From: Candidatus Cloacimonadales bacterium
Lineage (GTDB): Bacteria > Cloacimonadota > Cloacimonadia > Cloacimonadales > JAFGVF01
Length of the DNA: 64,000 bases
Assembly: GCA_963667035.1 (NCBI GenBank)
Contig: OY762964.1
Coordinates: forward strand, 1,024,001-1,088,000
Reading direction: 5' to 3'
Below, in pieces: positions 57,492-64,000 of this stretch (position 1 is the first letter of the stretch; the number at the start of each line of letters is the position of its first letter). The translations under genes and the position numbers were made by a program. The notes below the pieces were generated by a model, which ran no database searches, was not told the DNA's origin, and saw only the letters and a program-made list of their open reading frames with translations.

Positions 57492-60400
57492 TTATTTCTG
57501 AAATTTCCAAATCAAGTCAACTCCAGTAGCTTTGTCTCCACCTTGAGTGGCCTGGAGATAAAGTCGACGTCTGAGCTCATATTCAAGAGTTACTCTTTCC
57601 GGAACAACCTCGTTACCACTACCGAAAGAAAGTTCTCGTTCATAGCTGAGAAAGAGGTTGTTAGTAATATATTTACCGACAACAACTTGAGCCTGTCGCC
57701 AATTGGTGTCGCCTTTAAACTCTACTACATCAAGATTTAATTGCTTTTGGATCTGGCTAGTAATTTTTGATGTTATCTGTCCAACAACAATCTTTGTCGC
57801 CAAATTATCTTGTCCGGAGCCATTTACCTGATCTCTTTCTCCGGAAGATAATTCTGCTGTACTCTTTCCAAAGATAATGTAAGAGATTCCGTCACCTTCT
57901 GAGATTGGCTCATCATCCAAATAAAATTGGATTACTGGTTGCTTTAAACTTCCTGTTACCTGAATGGAGAGAGTAAGCTTCTCTTGCGAAGAACTGCGAA
58001 GAATGTAGTTGGCAACTATTGATATTGCGGGGTCAATATCCCTTTCTCCACGGAAATAGACATTACCACTGACAATGTTAAATCTGCGACCATAAGCAGT
58101 ATAGTTTCCACGTACTACCATCACTTTTCCTGATAAAACAAAATCAGGACTACTCTTAATAATTACCAGTTCACCACCCAACTCCATATTCATCTCTTCA
58201 GATTTCAGCCAGATATTGCGTGGGAAAGAGAGTTTCAAGTTTCCTCTCATGTTCTTTACCATTTGAGAGGGTTCTTCATCAGTTTTAGATTCAACTGGCT
58301 TGGATAGACTGTCAGCAGAAACTCCGACTAAAAGCAAGGGAGTGGTTAACGGCTCTCTTTTTCTTTCCATACCCATCAAGGTTGGCAGATATAATTGAGC
58401 TCTCAGAATTTTAAGATAACCTGAGAAGGTTGGTTCGTTACTATTACCGGCAATTGTGATGTTTGACTCAAACTTTAAATCCATATCTCTGTTTTTCAGA
58501 GCCTGAAAATCATTAGCTTGTATGGAGAATTGTAATGAGTCTAATTGCCCACTCTTTAAATCTAGAACTGTAGAGCCAGTCGCTTTGAGAAATCCTTTTT
58601 TACCTGAAGGTAGGGATAGATTTTTCAATTCGATCATGTTATTTTGAGCTTTAAAATCTAGATTTAAATCCCTGTAATCAATACCAAAAGTTGGTTGTTT
58701 AAAGGCTGCATTTTCAATTGAGAGTGTGGAATTAAGAAGAGGATGGTTCAGAGTATTCTCAACTTTTGCCCATAGATTCAATTCACCCTTAATCTCCTTA
58801 ACTGAATCAGTATAGTCATTCAGATTGCTTAAATCAAGGGGAGTCATCTTCAACTCAAGATTCAAGGGTTCATCTTTTAGTAGATTAAACTTTTTATTGG
58901 TGAGATCAGCCACGAAAGGAAGATAACCATTTAGTGAAATAGACTCTTGCTCGGTTCTGTTAATTTCCACACCTAAATGTGCAAGACTCGATTGATAATC
59001 AATGCTCCCGGCAATTTTGTGGAGACTCACCCCTCTCAAAGAGAGACTGTCCAAATTCCAGGTAGCAGACAGTTGTGGATTTTCCAACTCCCCATTGCCA
59101 GCAATATTCAGACTTAGCTTCCCTTGAATAGTCTCAAGAGCAGGATTTAAGAAACGCAAAGGCGATAGTGACAGTGAGTCGCACTTGATCCTGAGATTAT
59201 AATTAACTTGTGAGTCTAAAGTAAAATCAGCAATAATAGTTTGAGTCTCAGAGTTCAACTCTAAATTGCGTAAAGAGAGCTTCTTTGGATCGAAACTTAA
59301 TTTAAGCGTGTCAGGTTTGTTTTGCCAATTCTTTCCAAATGCATTAAGCTCAAGTTTTGAGAAGTTCGCTTGCTTCAAGGTCGGAAAGATGTCTCCGGTT
59401 AACTGTAGATCCAAAGTATCAGACTGAGTCAGCATAATATCCAGAAAGACCTTCTCCGGTGTATAATGAGTATTAATCCGAAGTGAATCTATCGGTAAGG
59501 TTGGCAGTGAAATATTGGTGAGAGACCCGGTAAACTCAGCTTCTGGCTTTTTATCAAGAAGTCTAATTTCCGATTCGCCAGTGAAAGAAGCTAGTTCATA
59601 TGTCTGGAATTTAATGTCATGTAAATCTATACTGGTATCTGCTTTTAAATCATCTGCTATACCACTGGCTGTACCTGACACATTCCCTTTCAGATCTAAG
59701 TCCGGTATAAACTTTTGAACAATCTGAGGTAATGCATCTAACTGAAGATTATAAGTAAGCTCGTTATTCTCATAAATATCTCCATGTCCATTAGCTGATA
59801 CATTAATTCCATCATAGCTTAGTTCCATCTCACTTAAACTATAGTTACCTTGCTGATATTCTCCTATAACTCTAAGCTTTTCAATCGGTATATTATCTAA
59901 AGAGGACTCTGATAAGTTAATATTGAAAGCTACATCTAAATCTTTAGGGTCAGTTCCTTTACCATTAATGTTAAACTGTGAATTAATGTCAGCTTGATAG
60001 GGGAGAGTAGGTAGTATTTTCATAAGCTCTAGATCGGTAAGAGAACCGGATACTGCATAACCTATATCAGTGAGAAGATTTCTTAAATCAGCCTTAACGT
60101 TTATCTTTCCAAATTCACTATCCAAAAGAAGAGTGTTACTTAACTGGGAGGGTGAACCGTTGCTCTTTAACATTAATGACTCAATTTTATAGGTATTGTA
60201 ATCTGAGTCTTTCAGGTTTAGTGTTAACTCTGTTTCAACATTTGGCCATGACTCACCATGAATAGATGCTACAAGAGAACCGTTGAGATTGGATTGAGGA
60301 AGATTGCTTTTCCAGTTATTACTGTTTAATTTTTCCCAAACCAAATCAAGCTGAGAGGTAAGGGGCTTTTGCAGGTTAGGTAATTGTGCTTCTAACCTAA

Positions 60401-61301
60401 TTACCTGTTCATCGGAATTCATGACTATCTCTGTCGATAGTGAATCTCCTCTAATAACAGCACTACCTGATAAATTATGATTCCCTTGAATAGGAAATGA
60501 AGGTATCCAAGTCTGTAGTTCCTCAAAATCCAGTGGGTTGACTTCAAAATTGACTTTAGCATTGCGGATAGGCTCATTAATTAGATTGCCTGACAGCAGA
60601 ATCTGTGACTTGGGAGATGAAATCTTGAGTTGTTCTAAACTGATGTCAGGTTTTCCATTTCCCTTTAAATCTCTAAGAGAAAGGCTAATCTCCTGCGGTT
60701 GAATAGATACATCAGCTTTGCTCAGTTCCCATGCTATTTCTTCTCCTAAACTTGCATGGAAAATCAGTTGAGAAATGGTAATTGCTTTTGGATACAACTC
60801 AGGAAGGTTCGAACCTGAGATTTTCACAATCGAGTTGGAAAGAATAAAACTCTCCAAATCAATCTGCCAGGAACTTGGTGTCTTCTCAGTTGTAGTTGTA
60901 TCTTCTTCAGCAGTATATATTTTAGTTAGATTCCAAACTCCTTCAGCATCTTGATGAAGGTTAACCGTTAAATCTGAGACAAAAATCGATTTTACAATGA
61001 CCTTCTTATGAATAAGATGTCCCAAATCATAGTTTAGATCAAGTTGCTTCAGATTCACTAATTCAGCTCTTTCATCAGATAGAACAAAGTCTTTTATAGT
61101 AAGCCTTTTAAAGATGTTTCCTTCTATTCCGGCAATCTCTACACTTCCATTTATCTGCTTGTTAACTTGAGAAATCACGGTTTTACGTACAAGATTAAGG
61201 AACATGGAGGATTGAGTGAAGAAATAGCCCAGAATTATGATAATCAGAATGATTCCTATAACACGAGAGGAGAGAATGAGTTTCTGTTTTCTATTTCTCA
61301 T
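57492..61301 (-). CDS. tamB: Translocation and assembly module TamB
   Basis: N-terminal TM, long beta-rich body, C-terminal DUF490-like segment (GNYTAYGRRFNI..G, VVGKYITNNLFLSY); directly downstream of an Omp85 gene. Confidence 0.85.
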   Translation of the reverse strand: MRNRKQKLILSSRVIGIILIIIILGYFFTQSSMFLNLVRKTVISQVNKQINGSVEIAGIEGNIFKRLTIKDFVLSDERAELVNLKQLDLNYDLGHLIHKKVIVKSIFVSDLTVNLHQDAEGVWNLTKIYTAEEDTTTTEKTPSSWQIDLESFILSNSIVKISGSNLPELYPKAITISQLIFHASLGEEIAWELSKADVSIQPQEISLSLRDLKGNGKPDISLEQLKISSPKSQILLSGNLINEPIRNAKVNFEVNPLDFEELQTWIPSFPIQGNHNLSGSAVIRGDSLSTEIVMNSDEQVIRLEAQLPNLQKPLTSQLDLVWEKLNSNNWKSNLPQSNLNGSLVASIHGESWPNVETELTLNLKDSDYNTYKIESLMLKSNGSPSQLSNTLLLDSEFGKINVKADLRNLLTDIGYAVSGSLTDLELMKILPTLPYQADINSQFNINGKGTDPKDLDVAFNINLSESSLDNIPIEKLRVIGEYQQGNYSLSEMELSYDGINVSANGHGDIYENNELTYNLQLDALPQIVQKFIPDLDLKGNVSGTASGIADDLKADTSIDLHDIKFQTYELASFTGESEIRLLDKKPEAEFTGSLTNISLPTLPIDSLRINTHYTPEKVFLDIMLTQSDTLDLQLTGDIFPTLKQANFSKLELNAFGKNWQNKPDTLKLSFDPKKLSLRNLELNSETQTIIADFTLDSQVNYNLRIKCDSLSLSPLRFLNPALETIQGKLSLNIAGNGELENPQLSATWNLDSLSLRGVSLHKIAGSIDYQSSLAHLGVEINRTEQESISLNGYLPFVADLTNKKFNLLKDEPLNLELKMTPLDLSNLNDYTDSVKEIKGELNLWAKVENTLNHPLLNSTLSIENAAFKQPTFGIDYRDLNLDFKAQNNMIELKNLSLPSGKKGFLKATGSTVLDLKSGQLDSLQFSIQANDFQALKNRDMDLKFESNITIAGNSNEPTFSGYLKILRAQLYLPTLMGMERKREPLTTPLLLVGVSADSLSKPVESKTDEEPSQMVKNMRGNLKLSFPRNIWLKSEEMNMELGGELVIIKSSPDFVLSGKVMVVRGNYTAYGRRFNIVSGNVYFRGERDIDPAISIVANYILRSSSQEKLTLSIQVTGSLKQPVIQFYLDDEPISEGDGISYIIFGKSTAELSSGERDQVNGSGQDNLATKIVVGQITSKITSQIQKQLNLDVVEFKGDTNWRQAQVVVGKYITNNLFLSYERELSFGSGNEVVPERVTLEYELRRRLYLQATQGGDKATGVDLIWKFQK

Positions 61302-63148
61302 TAGAAGGCCTCACCGATATTCAAGTAAAATTGAATATTATCTATTGGCTGCGAAACTGGAACGGCGACATCAACCCGAATTGGTCCCAATAGTGTCTTG
61401 AATCTTAAACCTGTACCAATGGCATATTCTAAATCATTCAGGTTATGGTCATAGGTTCCTTCCCAGACATTACCGGCATCACAAAATACAACCCCCGATA
61501 GTTTCTTCCAGATAGGATAACGAAGCTCAAGACTTGCTTCCAGCAAACTATTACCACCGAGTGGAAGGTCATCACTGCTTTTGGGTCCTAAATCATAGCG
61601 ATCCCAACCACGCACAGATTTGTTTCCACCACCATAAAAGCGATCAGCTATAGGTGTTACTTCAGAGGATTTAATCGATTTCATGAATCCTCCTTGAACG
61701 CGTGAGGCTAAAACAAACTTCTTATAGATAGTTGTGTATTTTCTTACTTCTGCGGATGTCATTGTATAGTGATAATCACTATTGAAGCCAATTCCCGCCC
61801 ATGTGAAAGAAGGATTGATATACCAGCCCTTGGTAGGTGAAAACATTGGTGCGGAATTATCAAAAACCATACCAATAGTTGCTGATGATTGCTTGTAATC
61901 TCCATCACCTTCTGCAATAAGGTCATCTTCCAAGGAAGGGGAGGAGGTCTCCAGATTATTCCACTCAATCCCATATTTCGAGTAAGAACTCAGATAGTTG
62001 CTTAAACTGATTTGATAGATGAGGAAAGAACCGATTCTGGAGATGGTATAATTTGATTCATCTTCCATCTTAGCAAACGGGTTCAGTGTGAGAGATCCAT
62101 CAGGATGGAAGATAGCAGGTTGAGTAAGTTTCAGGGAGAGGTTATAAGGCTCTAGAGATGAGTATTTAGCAAAGAATACTGCCTTTCGAATTCCTCCCAA
62201 GAATCCTAACTTTGTGACAGTTAAGGATGTTCTGAATTTATCTTCCTGACCATAACCAACAGCTAATTTTGAGCTGAACCGAGCTGCTTCTTTTAGCTCT
62301 ATAAGAATCGGAATTGTTTTGTTCTTTGGGTCATCTAAAACGCTACGCACCGTAACATACTGAAACATACCTAAGCGTTGTAATTTCTGTTGTATTTTTT
62401 TTAGATAGGTCTGACTGTATATGTTACCGGGTGGAGCTAACTGTTTCTTTAAAATAGAATACGGTACCTTTTCAACACCTTTAAAAGTGGTTTCACCGAA
62501 ATAGCAGATTGTTCCGGTATTTAGTGTTAAATCCACTATTACTCGGTTTATATCTTTCTTTAGTTCTAAGTTGTAGTTAACTTCTTGGTAGGCATATCCC
62601 TGTTTATCTAACCAATTTCCTAACTCTTGTTTAGTCAGAAGCAAATCTTCATCTCTGAATCTAGAACCTTCCTTTAATGGTAAATCTACGATGAATTGAT
62701 TTAACCGATGTTGAAGTTTGGACTTGTCTGATGATTCTGCAACTTGAAGGTTATAGTTAATCTTCTCAATCAGAACAGGGTCATTCTCATCAATAACGAA
62801 TTTAATCTCAACTGATTCTGTATCGGATTGTTCCTTTAAAATGTGTTCAATCTGAACATCTATGAAGCCCTCTTTCTGATAGATATTTTGAATCAACTCC
62901 AGATCAGCAGTCAGATCTGCTTCATGATATTGATATGCTTTCTTCCAGAAGAGTAGTTTTTGCCAATTAGACCTATCTTTAAGTATAAGCTTCTTTTTAA
63001 GTGTACTTTCGGAAATACTCTTAACTCCATTAATCTCCAACTCTTTAATCTTAAAGTTCTCTTGAGCTAAAAGTGAAGAAAAAAGACAATAAACAAGTAT
63101 CCCCGTTAGGACATATTTTTTATATAAAGTCATTTTATTACTTTTCAT
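61301..63148 (-). CDS. tamA: Omp85-family outer membrane protein TamA/BamA-like
   Basis: Signal peptide, three POTRA-like repeats, RFYGGGNKSVRGW, DAGNVW, GPIRVD, C-terminal NIGEAF; the start may instead be 63133. Confidence 0.85.
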   Translation of the reverse strand: MKSNKMTLYKKYVLTGILVYCLFSSLLAQENFKIKELEINGVKSISESTLKKKLILKDRSNWQKLLFWKKAYQYHEADLTADLELIQNIYQKEGFIDVQIEHILKEQSDTESVEIKFVIDENDPVLIEKINYNLQVAESSDKSKLQHRLNQFIVDLPLKEGSRFRDEDLLLTKQELGNWLDKQGYAYQEVNYNLELKKDINRVIVDLTLNTGTICYFGETTFKGVEKVPYSILKKQLAPPGNIYSQTYLKKIQQKLQRLGMFQYVTVRSVLDDPKNKTIPILIELKEAARFSSKLAVGYGQEDKFRTSLTVTKLGFLGGIRKAVFFAKYSSLEPYNLSLKLTQPAIFHPDGSLTLNPFAKMEDESNYTISRIGSFLIYQISLSNYLSSYSKYGIEWNNLETSSPSLEDDLIAEGDGDYKQSSATIGMVFDNSAPMFSPTKGWYINPSFTWAGIGFNSDYHYTMTSAEVRKYTTIYKKFVLASRVQGGFMKSIKSSEVTPIADRFYGGGNKSVRGWDRYDLGPKSSDDLPLGGNSLLEASLELRYPIWKKLSGVVFCDAGNVWEGTYDHNLNDLEYAIGTGLRFKTLLGPIRVDVAVPVSQPIDNIQFYLNIGEAF

Positions 63149-63169
63149 TATACCATAGGATATAAAATT

Positions 63170-64000
63170 CTACCTGATTCCTAGCGTCGGCACATATCGC
63201 ATAATACTCATCATTCTTCATTATAACCTGCATACGGCATTCGGTATTGACTCCTTTGATTGCAGTCTGAATACCTTTAACTTTATGCTCTTCACGCTTT
63301 TCCTCCAATCCGGAACCGCCATAACCTCCGTCAAAGTGAATCTCTTCGAGGTCGGGAAGTTGCTCTTGTTTGATTTTGTCAAAATTATCAGCCAACATGT
63401 TTTCCTCACAAGTATTGTTTGGACATACCGTTACATTTACTATCAGATTCAAATCATTGTCAAGGTCTGCCGTCTCAACAACATTACCGATAAAGCCTAT
63501 GTGCCTATCGCCAAACATCTTTATCAGAGTATAATGGCAGAGACCTATCTTTTGAAGCTCTTCGCTTATCTTGCCACTTTTTAGTTGATAAACATAATTA
63601 TCGGCATCATATTTAATGTAATCAGGATACATAGAAAGTACTTTCTGCTAATCTGCTTCAATTTGAAGCTGAAGTCGATTGTAATCGCAAATATTAGTGT
63701 CTAAAAATGTCGAATCTGTACTGGCTATCTTACCTATTACACAGAAGGAATCCAATTGGCCTCTTGTTAGCCGTTCAAACTCAATATCAAAGAGATTTAT
63801 TCCTGTTTCATCTTCGTATTCTCGCAAACTCCGAATAAAATTGCAGATAGTCTTTGTCGTCACTGAAGGCTCGCCAATGCTATATCCACAAGAATATTGA
63901 ACTCCGATGTGCCAGTCAAGTTCATTATCAAGCTCTCGAAATGTCAAATCATGTATCTCTTTGATTGTTATGGCTGTTACAATTTCATTTATCGGAGCAT
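63170..64000 (-). pseudogene. Degenerate transposase (IS5/IS1182-like DDE) running off the window edge
   Basis: TICNFIRSL, STDSTFLDTNI and HFDGGYG motifs. An in-frame TAG at 63648-63650 separates two same-frame ORFs, and the C-terminus appears truncated. Confidence 0.7.

Noticed and set aside
63648..63650. In-frame TAG as pyrrolysine or stop-codon reassignment
   Set aside because: TAG serves as a normal stop in this window (response regulator, plsY, mraY, mscS) and the transposase looks otherwise decayed.
3965..63900. Numerous short antisense or overlapping ORFs in the six-frame track
   Set aside because: They are shadows of well-supported genes, with no recognisable motifs.

Overview
This is an AT-rich bacterial chromosome segment. 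A diderm anaerobe of the FCB group, plausibly Cloacimonadota, is my inference from the YPNP/FlgD-Ig C-terminal sorting domain, TamAB, an Ehr complex and phosphate butyryltransferase. Left to right it holds: a PEGA-domain envelope protein; a 5TM/PAS/PocR histidine kinase and response regulator; plsY-der; a complete type II-C CRISPR-Cas locus (14 repeats, 13 spacers, cas2-cas1-cas9, tracrRNA); a NatAB-like ABC exporter, an M42 peptidase and a cupin; a 1393-bp IS481-like element inserted into a REP-like doublet with an 11-bp target duplication; a secreted beta-propeller protein; a six-gene Ehr operon (hydrogenase-4-like, Ni-binding motifs absent); a frameshifted phosphotransferase; tRNA-Pro; ptb; a dcw cluster with a MurE-MurF fusion, no ftsA and a divergent FtsZ; tRNA-Leu; an S41 peptidase; a broken tag gene; a coupled pair of P-loop ATPases, the second ending in eight near-identical 99-bp Sel1/TPR-like repeats; mscS; tamB-tamA; and a decayed transposase. 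The most notable observations are the NLR-like ATPase pair with a shuffled repeat array, a recurring non-canonical promoter motif (TTGACA-N19..21-TTTG), the REP-targeted IS and the ftsA-less dcw cluster. All calls come from reading the sequence by eye; no searches were run.
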